64,000 nucleotides of DNA from an uncultured Nitrososphaeraceae archaeon (GTDB lineage: Archaea > Thermoproteota > Nitrososphaeria > Nitrososphaerales > Nitrososphaeraceae): positions 64,001 to 128,000 of the forward strand of contig CAVZZA010000003.1 in assembly GCA_963779615.1 (NCBI GenBank), written 5' to 3'. Within the stretch, counting starts at the first letter, position 1; every line of letters begins with the position of its first letter. Below the pieces are notes generated by a model. The model ran no database searches. It was not told the DNA's origin and saw only the letters and a program-made list of their open reading frames with translations. This document shows, one piece after another, positions 11,108 through 22,167 of the stretch. Position numbers and translations under genes: made by a program.

Positions 11108-12664
11108 TCACTTTGATATTGATAGGTTTGTCCTCCTTTTTAAAATGAGCCCCGATGCAATGGATATGGTTGATATCAAAGTAGCTGTTAGAAAGATCAG
11201 GTTGTAAGATAATAATGATGGATATGATCTTCCACCAACTTCATTCACAGAGTCTTGGTATGTTTGCATGAATATTGAGGCAATCACAGGTCCGATTGAA
11301 CTTCCAATTAGCACAATTACAATCGATATACCAACGGATACACCACTAAATTGGTGTGGAGTGTATTGCAACACGATATTAAATGCGCCTACATTTATCA
11401 ATGACAGCCCTGCAGATATCATCACCAAATTAACAGCAATCATGAATTCCGTTGCATGAAAAACAAACAGGACGAAAAAACCAATTGTTGTGATAATGCT
11501 CCCCGCTATTACTGGTATAAAGTTACCAATTTTAGCTACAATGAATCCGGAAGAAGGAGCAAATACCAAAAACACTACCATAAAGGGCAATTGGATATTG
11601 GCACTGGTTATTGCGTCCCCGCCAAATCCAATGGGCGGAGGACTAGTTACTAAAATTGGAATAGTTTGATACACCATAAACATTGTGATACCAAAAGTTA
11701 GAAGAATGATGTTCGTAGGAAGAAGGATTTTATTTGCTATTAAATTAAGTGGGATTAACGGCGTTGGTACTTTCCGCTCTATGACAATAAAAAGGATTGA
11801 GGAGACTATTGTTAATGTGGCTAATGAAACTAAAACAGCAAAAGTATAGGACGAATCAACTGAACCCCTGTTGATATCACTATTAGTATTTGCAAAATAG
11901 GTCAGCGTAAGTAAAAATGAAGTTATTGTTATTGCCAAGGTTACAGTTCCCTTTAGGTCCATGCTATATTCATTACTGTTAACAATTTTTTGCGACTCTG
12001 AGGTGTTCTTTATTGTATGATTGGCATCTATACTTTGCATAAAATCTGCTTCCCCATTTCTTTTTTCCTCCGCTTTTGAGCGGTCATCGTTTTGGACAAA
12101 TTGTTTGATTATTACCCAAAGAATAATAGCAACAGGTATTATAGTAAAAAATGTAGACTGCCATCCGAAATTTTTAATGATAGTGCCACCTATCGCTATG
12201 CCCACTACTGAACCTGCAGCAAACATTGAACTAAATATACCAACACTTATTGCAAGCTTATGTACTGGAAATTGATCTCTTATAATCCCAAATGCTATCG
12301 GAAACATGGATATACCCAAGCCTTGGATAACCCTAGCAGTAAGAAGAACATAGATATTAGTCGATAGCCCACCAAGAACAATTCCTATGATATAGACAAT
12401 AAATATAATCAACACCATTTTCTTTTTGCCATAAACATCAGATAGTTTTCCGGCAATTGGAGTCATTACCGCGCCTGAAATAAGGTATGCCGTAAGTATC
12501 CACGATGAAGTGCTATACGAAATATCAAAATCTTTAATGATCTGGCCAATAGCTGGTATTAACATAGTCTCACCATACATAGTAATTAAAATGGTAGACC
12601 CCAAAATGGCAAGTGTTATCCATGTGGATGCCTGAATTTTTTCAGAAGGTTTTGCCACATTCAT
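11108..12664 (-). CDS. MFS transporter, DHA2 family
   Basis: 518 aa; GKLSDVYGKKK motif A, ARVIQGLG, ~14 TM. Confidence 0.9.
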   Translation of the reverse strand: MNVAKPSEKIQASTWITLAILGSTILITMYGETMLIPAIGQIIKDFDISYSTSSWILTAYLISGAVMTPIAGKLSDVYGKKKMVLIIFIVYIIGIVLGGLSTNIYVLLTARVIQGLGISMFPIAFGIIRDQFPVHKLAISVGIFSSMFAAGSVVGIAIGGTIIKNFGWQSTFFTIIPVAIILWVIIKQFVQNDDRSKAEEKRNGEADFMQSIDANHTIKNTSESQKIVNSNEYSMDLKGTVTLAITITSFLLTLTYFANTNSDINRGSVDSSYTFAVLVSLATLTIVSSILFIVIERKVPTPLIPLNLIANKILLPTNIILLTFGITMFMVYQTIPILVTSPPPIGFGGDAITSANIQLPFMVVFLVFAPSSGFIVAKIGNFIPVIAGSIITTIGFFVLFVFHATEFMIAVNLVMISAGLSLINVGAFNIVLQYTPHQFSGVSVGISIVIVLIGSSIGPVIASIFMQTYQDSVNEVGGRSYPSLLSYNLIFLTATLISTISIASGLILKRRTNLSISK

Positions 12665-13431
12665 CGATCACCTTCCGCCTTTAATATGTCCTAATACCTA
12701 TCGGTTACTTTTGCCATGAGGGTGAAGAAGAAGATGATGTGAAAACACATTTCCTAGCCAGTTCCTAAATGTATGTGTCATTTTTAAATCCCCATCTTAC
12801 CCTGTAACATTTCACTATTCTCTTCTATGTTAGAACCATCCAAGCCTAAAAATTAAGACTTTTCCGTTGTTGCAGGTATTTCCCCTTATTAATAATACAA
12901 TGTTTTTATGCTGATTACATTTGCATTTATCTTAACAAATAAAACCATCATTCATTTGTTATTGGGTTCAACCGTATTTTAGCAATTAGAAATACAATAG
13001 CAAAATTACAGATTTAATGTAAAATCTTACTTGACAAAAAAGAAGAGAATCAACGGGTTTCCGACTTCTTTTTGTTTTGTATCTTAATCTATTGTTAAGG
13101 CCACAAGGAACAACAAACAGCACAAGCAGATGATTCAGCAGGAGGATATCCGTTAGTTCAAACAGGTGGTACTACTGGAGGAAAAATAGGATTAGTCAAA
13201 CATAACCAATTATGAATATTTTTTTCATTTATTTTTTATTTTCGTATCTTTCAGGCGGATATAATAGTCATGGTTGTTAAAATACCTTTTAATATAAAAA
13301 TTCAGTAGTAGAGTTATCTTACTAGTAGCATAAAATAATTCAATGGCCTTTATTGAATAAGTTTACTTTTACCATTAATATTATATTATACGATAAATAA
13401 TTTGACATTTATCTTGATTTTTGTCCACTTG

Positions 13432-14371
13432 GACCCTATACCAAAACTATCATTCTATAAACAGTTATCCCCAGGAGAACGGTACTAACTCAAGATAGTT
13501 TTCCATCTTTTCATATCATTTGAATATCTTTCTAAACCTGTTGTGCCATGAGTTGGTTCTCTCCACAACCCATGTTCTTGCAGGATGTTCTTTGCGATTT
13601 GAGGTTTTTTCTTTTCCGTATCTTTCTTGACCTCTCTTTTTTTTCTCCTGTACGGTAAATGTAGCACATATCCTCGTTTTGCAATTGCTTGTTCTTCGGG
13701 CTTGGACTATATGCTTTATCAAGACAAGGGTGTTGCAGTTTTCTTTTTCTTCCCGTCTTTGTTTTAGCATATGGAATACATCTTTAGCAACCGCATTATC
13801 CACTACATCTGTTACTAATTTAACATCATTCATACTTGCAGATGACATGACAGCTGAGAGCGGGATACCTTCCTTATCTGTTAAAACATGCTTATTTGTG
13901 CCCAGCTTGCCTCTGTCGGCGGGATTGCTTCCAGTCATCTCCCCCCCCTAAATGCGACTTTATGGATACGCTGTCAGGTGAGCACCAGGTCCACTTGATG
14001 CCCACTAGATTGTCATAGATTTTTAGCACCCTTATCCATATTTTCCTAAAGATGTCAAGTTTAATCCATTCCTGAAATCGCCTATGGCATGTCGAACCAG
14101 ATCCATTTCCAGGATGGAACACCTTCCATCGGCATCCTGTTCTTAGAATGTATAGGACACCAGCAAGTACTTTTTTAAATGGTATGATTGGACGACCAAC
14201 AGTTTTAGATTGTTTCTCTTTGGGTCAAACGATTCTAAAATTATCCCACAATTCATCTGAAATCTTGCATATAGTGCAAATATCCTTTTTATCCTCCTCC
14301 TTCTGGATGCAGGCCCCACGTTGGCAGTGATGATAACAAGCTATACTTCTATCGAATTTTGGGATAGGCTC
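13432..14371 (-). mobile_element. IS5-family (IS427-like) element, frameshifted transposase
   Basis: GSTCHRRFQEW, TGSNPADRGKLG.KHVLTD.EGIPL, WVVERTNSWHNRFR; 15-bp TIR GAGCCTATCCCAAAA (14357-14371 rc) vs GACCCTATACCAAAA (13432). Confidence 0.88.
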
Positions 14372-14965
14372 TAGAAAATTGATTTAGTAACTTTCAAAAG
14401 GATCCTTCAAGTATATATGGAAAGTCAGAGTCCCGTCTTTACCTGATATACTAGAGATGCTAAAAAATAATGTCGGGTACGGTAATTTGGAACAAGTAGA
14501 TCCTCCAAAAAGGAATCAGAATTGAATAGTGTACTAAAGGAACTACAATGTTCTAAAATGTTGCATAGTGTATTTTTTTTAATAATCTTACTAAATGGCC
14601 CGTTAACTCGGTCATGTGAGCATATTAGAGACTATTTTTGTCAAAAGACAAGATTGCAATTATTTCCAGAATAAATAGATCTCAATTAATATATAATTAC
14701 CAAGACTGCAAACCTCAATAATTAATTATAAATATACCTTAAACGGTAAAATTTGTGCTTAATACCCTAGGGGTTTTATTAGAAATTTTATAACTGCTTA
14801 GTATGCGACAAATCTATCGAATTGTATTTGAAATATTAAACCCAATAACAAATCGAGAACAAAATTTATATAAATAATCATACAAATACTTTGATAGGTT
14901 GAATTGATCTATTAATTTTACTAAATAACAGACACCCTTATCTAGGACTATTATGATTATTTAAT

Positions 14966-15142
14966 ATGCCTATAATAACTGTTGATATGTATAGTGGAAG
15001 AACCCAAAGAGAAAAAGACAAATTAGCAGAGGCAATCACCGAGGACGTAGTAAAAATACTAGGTGTAACAAAAGAGGAGGTCATAATAGTTTTCAATGAG
15101 CTATCTCATGGGAATTGGTATGCCTCAGGTATTCGCCTCTAA
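14966..15142 (+). CDS. 4-oxalocrotonate tautomerase family protein (58 aa)
   Basis: Hand translation MPIITVDMYSGRTQREKDKLAEAITEDVVKILGVTKEEVIIVFNELSHGNWYASGIRL; catalytic Pro1, GRT.E.K..L motif. Confidence 0.88.
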   Translation: MPIITVDMYSGRTQREKDKLAEAITEDVVKILGVTKEEVIIVFNELSHGNWYASGIRL

Positions 15143-15337
15143 TAAAAAACCAAAAAAAACAACAATAAACCTTGCTTAATGATGATAAAACTCATTCAAA
15201 ATTATTGTTGATTTTAGCAGACTAGTTTTGTTTTTTTCAGTAGGGCTTTCTTTCTATTGCCATAATCTCTATTTTTTTGTATTTGGTTCATTTAGACACA
15301 AGCAAAATATATCTTTCTGTAAACAAATACTGATTGT

Positions 15338-15985
15338 ATTAACAATACGTCAATCAATCCTAAAGACGAATGGTCATCAGAACAGCATGCCCGGGCTTTT
15401 TTGAAAAAAGCCAATAATATACCCCATAGATCAGAGGGGGAGGATGTTTTGTTTGACCACATTCCAAAGGAGGCAATCCGAGTGTTAGACCTTGGAACAG
15501 GAGACGGTAGATTGCTAAGATTGTTAAAAAACAAAATTCCAGACATGCGTGCGGTTGCCATGGATGTTTCGCCTATAATGCTAGAGTCGGTAAAGAGCAA
15601 TTTTGCTAATGACTCTAGTGTACAAATAATAGAGCATGATCTTGGCAATTCCCTACCAAATATAGGATGTTTTGATGCAGTTATCTCTGGCTTTACCATA
15701 CATCATTTAAGCCATGAACGTAAGCGTTCACTTTTTAAAGAAACCTATGATATGCTTAACCCCAAAGGAATATTTTGCAATTTGGATAATGTTGCTTCAA
15801 CTTCCGAGAAACACCATATTCGATTTCTTTATGCAATAGGCTTTGCACCCGAAACTGAAAGTAAATCTGATAACCTGTTACCTATGGAAATACAATTAGA
15901 GTGGCTAAGGGAGATAGGGTTCAAGGATGTAGATTGCTACTGGAAATGGCTAGAATTTGCTCTTTTAATCGGATATAAATTATAA
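15338..15985 (+). CDS. class I SAM-dependent methyltransferase; start probably upstream of TTG 15401
   Basis: VLDLGTGDGR, FDAVISGFTIHHL, VDCYWKW; frame open upstream to TAA at 15320 and encodes EWSSEQHARAF. Confidence 0.85.
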   Translation: MNNTSINPKDEWSSEQHARAFLKKANNIPHRSEGEDVLFDHIPKEAIRVLDLGTGDGRLLRLLKNKIPDMRAVAMDVSPIMLESVKSNFANDSSVQIIEHDLGNSLPNIGCFDAVISGFTIHHLSHERKRSLFKETYDMLNPKGIFCNLDNVASTSEKHHIRFLYAIGFAPETESKSDNLLPMEIQLEWLREIGFKDVDCYWKWLEFALLIGYKL

Positions 15986-16705
15986 ATAGACACAGCAAAA
16001 TGAATTTTCTTTTTTTTCAGGAGGTTTACCTTTGAAAGAAGTTTGAATAAAACTAGAGATTCAGGACATATAGAATGATTTTTCTTTTCTTTAATATGTT
16101 GAGCCTGCAATATTATGTTGATATTTGTAATGTCCATAATTATTTTTAATGCAGAACAAACTATTTATTTAAAACTTACTTTGATTATCTTTACCGCACT
16201 TTTGTCTTTTTACTATATCAAACTATAGTATCACTAAATGAAGCTTGAACTAATATTCTAACTAAACCAAATAGACAACACCACAATTGCAAAAACAATG
16301 AAAAATTAATCTTTATACATTCATGGCTGCTCGGCTTGCGGTATCCTTAGAACGAATCCTTAAGTAATAACAAACGAGTAAATTATGATTTCCGTCAAGG
16401 CGTTCCATAAAACAATAAACATTTAGAAAAGATGCCACAATATTAAATATAAAATCAAACCCAATAGTACAAAGGATATCAAATAGACATAGAGAAAATT
16501 TTTAGGTTAAGAAAATTGACATTGGCCCAAGGGCGCAAATGGGAATATCCGTTCTTTAAAACACACCCCATTTTTTACAATATCTGTATTTTTTTTAGGA
16601 AAAAGGGCATAATTGGTGACAGCAAAACAATATTAAACTTTTAACTCGTGGAAATTTATAAGGTTTCCTAAATGAAAGCCAAAAAAGGGGGATGGGTTTT
16701 TTGCG

Positions 16706-16846
16706 TTAATGGGAGGTATCCGTATGTTCCTTTAGTTCTTGTCGAGAATTAAATTTCTGATCACATTTATCACATGAGAATGTTGCGTCTACGTTAGTAG
16801 AACTTTCATCAGATTGTTCTCCGCTATCTACTTTATCATAACTCAT
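16706..16846 (-). CDS. small C2H2 zinc-finger protein (46 aa)
   Basis: Hand translation MSYDKVDSGEQSDESSTNVDATFSCDKCDQKFNSRQELKEHTDTSH (F-x-C-x2-C-x3-F-x5-L-x2-H-x4-H). Confidence 0.75.
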   Translation of the reverse strand: MSYDKVDSGEQSDESSTNVDATFSCDKCDQKFNSRQELKEHTDTSH

Positions 16847-17544
16847 TGTTTTCAGTTACATATCATAATATATAAGATACCTGCGTCTTTTTTATGGCGA
16901 TGGACTTGGACGTCATCTTTTTTTATTGAAAAAACAGCTGTTCTTTACATTTAAATAGAGATGTAGGCCACCTCCAAATTTTCTTCCTCTTTTGTTGTCT
17001 TTTCTTTTTGATTCAAGATGTTATAATTCAATTCATTTTTGTGACACCTTTTTGTTATCCATTTGTTGTTGTAAACAATGTCTAACTGGATCCTTTGGCA
17101 CTGGTGAATGGTCCAAAAACCAATGCTTTTTGGACAGCCTATCATACGGGAGCAAAGAAGTTAGTTGGAACAAGTCTAGCGCACCAGTCCAGCCCATGAC
17201 CTTTAACAATAGTTCTTTCAAAAGCAATGACAGGAATGTGCCACTGCATTCAGAAAAAAATGTACCAGGTAAGGAATTAGTAGATAGTGTAAGGCAGAGG
17301 AAATACGTAAAAAGGGAGCAGGCAAGGGAATTGGGTGAACTTAACTACAGCAAAAATGGCATGGGCATAACCATTCAGGACATGACGTCTTGGATTCAGT
17401 TTTCTTAACCATTATAGAATGTTTTGCTGTGAGTTATTATGCAACAACCTTTTCAAACTTCCTCTCCTAACTCCATACCGATCATTGCCATCAAACATAC
17501 GGTTGGAGAGAAAAGTAGAATAGCTCATTGCCGGCCAAACAAGG

Positions 17545-17596
17545 ATTTGTTAAATGTAATATTTTGGTTCAGGATTTAGCACACCATTTAACAAAT
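17545..17596. promoter_or_regulatory. perfect 12-bp inverted repeat upstream of glnA, candidate operator
   Basis: ATTTGTTAAATG (17545-17556), 28-nt spacer, CATTTAACAAAT (17585-17596), just upstream of TTTAAA at ~17612. Confidence 0.45.
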
Positions 17597-17678
17597 GTTA
17601 AGTAAAATCAATTTAAAGTTATCATTAATAAATAGAAAAGTACGGAAAGTTTATCTTTATTATTGCAGGAAATTATGA

Positions 17679-19187
17679 ATGCAGGTAGGAAAAATCTACA
17701 GAAATTCCTCATTAGACATAACAAATGAATTAGAAAAGGCCGAAATAAAGTGGGTAAGACTAAATTTTTGCGATCCTTTGGGTTATCTTCATCAAATTTC
17801 TGTCAACAGCAAGGAGATTACAGAGGATGCATTTAAGCAAGGACTACCAAGGCTCGATGGCAGCTCCATAAAAGGATTTAAGGAGATCTATGAGTCAGAT
17901 ATGCTGCTCAAACCCGACCCTTCCACTTTTGCCATATTGCCAGACTATTTTGACAAAAATCACCATCAGACTAGGGACTGCACATATCCTTCAATGGCGG
18001 CACGCATGTTTGTCGATATTTATGAGGGATTCGGTGGAAAAAGGTATTCTAGGGATAGCAGATATATCGCACAAAAAGCCGAAGAGGTATTGAATGACAA
18101 AGGCTTTGAGAAGAGTTATTGGGGGCCCGAGTTGGAATTTTTTGTTTTCAACAAAATTACTCTCCTACCAAATCCCATGTCCTCCGTAAATTGTTCTGGT
18201 GGGTCGGGATACTCTATTGAATCCTCCGAGGCACCGTGGAACTCCTCCAATGACAGTGGGTACACCATTCCATTTAAGGGAGGCTACTTTCCTGCTCCCC
18301 CAGCAGACAGTTTGACAGATTTAAGAGATGAAGTTTCGGAAACTTTGCAAGAGTTTTTTGGAATAAGAGTTGATGCCCATCACCACGAGGTCGCGACAGC
18401 CGGACAATGTGAGATTCAGATGGTATATGATGAGCTTACACACATGGCAGACAACGTAATTACCTACAAGAAGACAGTAAAGGAAGTCGCGGCCAAACGC
18501 CATATGATTGCAAATTTTATGCCAAAACCAATAGCGCTTGATAATGGTTCTGGTATGCATGTGAGCCAGAGCTTGTGGACAAAAAGGAAGCATGGAAATG
18601 ACATGAATGTGTTCTTTGATATTTCCGACGAATACGCAGAGCTAAGCCAAACCGCCCATTACTATATTGGAGGATTAATAGAGCATGCAAGGTCGCTTTG
18701 CGCTATAACAAACCCCACAACCAATTCCTACAGGAGATTAGTCCCTGGGTATGAAGCCCCAATAAATGTGGCATGGAGTAAAATGAATAGATCGGCCAGT
18801 ATAAGAATTCCTGCCCACTTCAAAAACATGGAGAGGCAGAAAAGAATAGAGTACAGAACACCTGATCCAAGTTCAAACATCTACCTTGTGGAGGCTGCGT
18901 TGTTGTTGGCAGGTCTTGATGGGATAAACAAAAAAATTTCGCCACCAGACCACATAGATAAGGACATTTACAAACTTACAGAACAACAAAAAAGAGAAGG
19001 AGGAATCAAGAAATTACCCACTTCATTATTGGACGCTATTGAGTCTTTGGAATCAGACAATGAGTTTTTGAAGCCAGTTTTTACAAATGACTTCCTTGAA
19101 ACATACTTCCAGATCAGAAAAGATGAGTATACAGCAGTTGCAGCAGTTCCCTCACCGAGAGAATTTTATATGTACGGGAATATCTAG
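17679..19187 (+). CDS. glnA: glutamine synthetase type I
   Basis: LDGSSI.GF..IYESDM, GGYFP, HHEVATAGQCE, FMPKP...DNGSGMH, NSYRRLVPGYEAP, NRSASIRIP, RIEYRTPDP. Confidence 0.96.
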   Translation: MQVGKIYRNSSLDITNELEKAEIKWVRLNFCDPLGYLHQISVNSKEITEDAFKQGLPRLDGSSIKGFKEIYESDMLLKPDPSTFAILPDYFDKNHHQTRDCTYPSMAARMFVDIYEGFGGKRYSRDSRYIAQKAEEVLNDKGFEKSYWGPELEFFVFNKITLLPNPMSSVNCSGGSGYSIESSEAPWNSSNDSGYTIPFKGGYFPAPPADSLTDLRDEVSETLQEFFGIRVDAHHHEVATAGQCEIQMVYDELTHMADNVITYKKTVKEVAAKRHMIANFMPKPIALDNGSGMHVSQSLWTKRKHGNDMNVFFDISDEYAELSQTAHYYIGGLIEHARSLCAITNPTTNSYRRLVPGYEAPINVAWSKMNRSASIRIPAHFKNMERQKRIEYRTPDPSSNIYLVEAALLLAGLDGINKKISPPDHIDKDIYKLTEQQKREGGIKKLPTSLLDAIESLESDNEFLKPVFTNDFLETYFQIRKDEYTAVAAVPSPREFYMYGNI

Positions 19188-19805
19188 TTAAAGACATGTC
19201 GTATCCTAAAGATGTATTGGAGACTAAAGGAAACCTTCTGAAGGAATCTTCTGCTTCTTCTTATTCTCCTATTCTAACAGACAATATTTCGAATTCTCAT
19301 TATTATGACAAGACAAAGATAATCCTAGACGCAAGAAAAGCATTTGATGGGCTTATCCCATATTCAGGATTAGGCGCCAATTCAACGAATGATTATTTTT
19401 CATCTATTGATTTTATTGGCGGTGGAAAACTTAAAGCAGATGAAGACTACAGCGATGTGGATCTATCAGTAACGATTGAGAGCGTTATTTATATGTATGG
19501 GAATGTCTAGTTAAAGATATGTCGTATCCTAAAGATGTATTGGAGATTAAAAGAAACCTTCTGAAGGAATCTTCTGCTTCTTCTAGTAGTATTTTAGATA
19601 ATATTTCGAATTCTCATTATTATGACAAGACAAAGATAATCCTAGACGCAAGAAAAGCATTTGATGGGCTTATCCCATATTCAGGATTAGGCGCCAATTC
19701 AACGAATGATTATTTTTCATCTATTGATTTTATTGGCGGTGGAAAACTTAAAGCAGATGAAGACTACAGCGATGTGGATCTATCATTAACGATTGGAGGA
19801 CGTTA
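19165..19805 (+). repeat. diverged tandem duplication (~320 bp x2) spanning glnA 3' end, spacer and glxD 5' end
   Basis: Copy 1 19165-19487, copy 2 19488-19805; long identical core, several substitutions and a net 6-nt indel. Confidence 0.92.
19196..19510 (+). pseudogene. chimeric truncated duplicate: N-terminus of FMN subunit fused to the GlnA C-terminal peptide
   Basis: First ~94 aa nearly identical to 19519 ORF; ends YMYGNV vs GlnA YMYGNI. Confidence 0.85.
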
Positions 19806-20988
19806 CTCAAATAATGTTATAACATCAGACATACCATTTTTTGTTTCTGGTATGAGCTATGGTTCATTGAAGCTTCCTGCAAAAATAGCATTGCACATAG
19901 CATTAAACAAACTTGCTATTGAAGATGGGATAAGAGTAATAATGAATACTGGTGAAGGTGGAGCATTGCCATGGGAAATCTATGGCTCGGATACTAAAAA
20001 TAATAGTATAATGGAATATGCTGAAAGGCTGCTTAGGGAGCACAATTTAGACAGTATAGATAGAGAACAACTTTTCCAAAGGCATTATCCTTTGGTAGTT
20101 CAATATGCGTCAGGCAGATTTTGGAGAGACCCTAACTACTTGTTGATACCGGATGCGATAGAAATCAAGATAGGTCAGGGTGCAAAAATAGGACATGGAG
20201 GAATGTTACCAGGTTCAAAGGTAACGGAGCTCGTAGCTGAGAATCGTGGAATACCTCCTTATAGATCAGCTTACTCGCCTTCAAGACATTTAGATATCTT
20301 GGGGCCTGAGGATTTGGTTGCCAAGATCCTTGAATTAAGAGAACTCACTGATTGGAAGGTTCCAATAATTGTAAAGGTAGGGGCTTCAAGAGCTTATGAT
20401 GACATTCAGATAATACTCAAATCTTATGCAGATTCTGCTGCCATAGATGGAATTGTGGGAGGTACTGGTGCGGCTCCATGGGAGATTCGAGATATTGTTG
20501 GAATAAATACAATACCTTCGATAAGGTTGGGAAAAAATGCAATAAATGATTATTATTTGAATAACGAGACAAATGAGTTTAAACTACTCGCCCATGGTGG
20601 TATTTGGGATTCGAAACGAATTGCAAAATGCATTGCTCTTGGAGCAAATGGAGTAGGCATAGGTACAGGGTTTCTCATATCAATGGGGTGTACATTGATT
20701 CAAGACTGTTATACTAATACTTGTCCTGCAGGCTTAACCGGCTCATTTGAAAAGCTTGATATAGAATTCAGTGTAAAGAGAATAATCAATTACATTAAGG
20801 GAACAATGATCGAACTGCAAAATATTGTAGGTTCATTAGGGAAGAAAAGAATCAAAGACCTTGGCCGAGAGGATCTTATTGCTACTGATGAAATATCAAG
20901 CATAGTATCGGGACTCTATAACAATAAGAATGTAAAGGCAGAGGATCATAGAATGTATGGAAAAAAAATTGCTGAGTTAAAAAATTGA
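19519..20988 (+). CDS. glxD: FMN-binding glutamate synthase subunit (GlxD/MgsC/GltS type)
   Basis: GMSYGSL, NTGEGG, QYASGRF, EIKIGQGAKIGHGGMLPGSKV, DGIVGGTGAAP, 3Fe-4S CX5CX4C (GCTLIQDCYTNTCPAG). Confidence 0.88.
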   Translation: MSYPKDVLEIKRNLLKESSASSSSILDNISNSHYYDKTKIILDARKAFDGLIPYSGLGANSTNDYFSSIDFIGGGKLKADEDYSDVDLSLTIGGRYSNNVITSDIPFFVSGMSYGSLKLPAKIALHIALNKLAIEDGIRVIMNTGEGGALPWEIYGSDTKNNSIMEYAERLLREHNLDSIDREQLFQRHYPLVVQYASGRFWRDPNYLLIPDAIEIKIGQGAKIGHGGMLPGSKVTELVAENRGIPPYRSAYSPSRHLDILGPEDLVAKILELRELTDWKVPIIVKVGASRAYDDIQIILKSYADSAAIDGIVGGTGAAPWEIRDIVGINTIPSIRLGKNAINDYYLNNETNEFKLLAHGGIWDSKRIAKCIALGANGVGIGTGFLISMGCTLIQDCYTNTCPAGLTGSFEKLDIEFSVKRIINYIKGTMIELQNIVGSLGKKRIKDLGREDLIATDEISSIVSGLYNNKNVKAEDHRMYGKKIAELKN

Positions 20989-22145
20989 ATCCCAAAGAGA
21001 AATTTATTATAAGGTCTTCGATCCTAGAATTAGCAGAAACTGGTACTCCTCGCAGTATTTCAATAGATGAAAAAATAAGAATGGATCACAAAGAAAGAGG
21101 AAATGAAAATACAACAACAAACATCTGGGATTGCATAACTGCGTTGGGTGCACAATTATCAAGGCCCCCCTATGATCCATATCGGGAGATAATAAATCTT
21201 GGAATATCTGTAGGCAGAAGACAATGTCCAACTAAGGTTATTTTATCTATGCCCCTGATGATTTATGATAACGATAGGAAGATAGAAGAAGCGCCTTTGG
21301 AGGCTCTACATGTTGCATTGAATTGGCTTGCTGTTAATGACAATATAAATTTAGGATTGGTTTCAGAAAATAGAGTAAACAATAGTAGAAAGTACCCACA
21401 TTTTAAACGAATAAGCGAAAGATCAATAGGGGAGGAGGATTATGATTCTGAAGGACTTGTATTACAATACAACAGTGGCAAATCCCTACAATTTCTAACA
21501 GAGATGAGGAAAGAATTCAGCGGCCCAATTCTTGTAGAGATTGATGATGATTTTGAGAGATACATTGGATCATTGCTGGATGCAGGAGCTGATGGAATTA
21601 TTGCAGATACTGTTAAAATAACAAACAAAGAGAGGTACCAAGGAAAACATGCAGTAACAGTAATACACAAGGTACGATGCGCTATAAACCAATACTATGC
21701 TGGAAAAGAAAATGATGGTACGTTATTAATGGTTGCAGGGGACTTGAATAATACAGGCAGAATTGTAAAAGCTGCTGCATTGGGTGCGGATATTATTGGA
21801 TACTCCACCAGTTTGTTGATTGCAAATGCTGCAATTCATCATGATAACCCATCCAACATAAATGCAATATCAGAAAGGATCTGTAGACACATTCAGGCCA
21901 CCAAAGGAGAACTTAAAGGAGTACCTGCCGCATTAGGATACAGTAATTTCTATAACATATCACCTGCGGATTTGCGTACCTCTAGTATCGAGGCAAGTTT
22001 ACAGGCGGATATTGCCATAGAAGGAGTGGATAAAACTTATCGCCAAATAATTGAGGAATCGACAGGTGAACATGCCATAGAAGAAGGAATGGAAATTGAT
22101 AAAGATAAAAATCAGAAACTTAGTTGCATATCTATTGATAAATAG
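20985..22145 (+). CDS. degenerate second glutamate-synthase FMN-barrel paralogue
   Basis: GlxD-like N-terminus WD...LGAQLSRPPYDPYRE and C-terminal VKAAALGAD, but lacks NTGEGG, EIK.GQGAK and the Cys triad; overlaps upstream stop. Confidence 0.72.
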   Translation: MNPKEKFIIRSSILELAETGTPRSISIDEKIRMDHKERGNENTTTNIWDCITALGAQLSRPPYDPYREIINLGISVGRRQCPTKVILSMPLMIYDNDRKIEEAPLEALHVALNWLAVNDNINLGLVSENRVNNSRKYPHFKRISERSIGEEDYDSEGLVLQYNSGKSLQFLTEMRKEFSGPILVEIDDDFERYIGSLLDAGADGIIADTVKITNKERYQGKHAVTVIHKVRCAINQYYAGKENDGTLLMVAGDLNNTGRIVKAAALGADIIGYSTSLLIANAAIHHDNPSNINAISERICRHIQATKGELKGVPAALGYSNFYNISPADLRTSSIEASLQADIAIEGVDKTYRQIIEESTGEHAIEEGMEIDKDKNQKLSCISIDK

Positions 22146-22167
22146 TTAAGGAGGGGACGGAAGGAAC

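Noticed and set aside
16951-17530. Overlapping short ORFs upstream of glnA
   Set aside because: Looks like decayed coding DNA but no family is recognisable in any frame
17640-17712. NrpR operator GGAA-N6-TTCC at glnA
   Set aside because: Only half-sites; spacing and second half do not fit
17679-19187. GmaS (gamma-glutamylmethylamide synthetase) instead of GlnA
   Set aside because: Ammonium-site motifs DGSS, GGYFP and the GYEAP flap Glu are intact, and no mgd/sox genes are nearby
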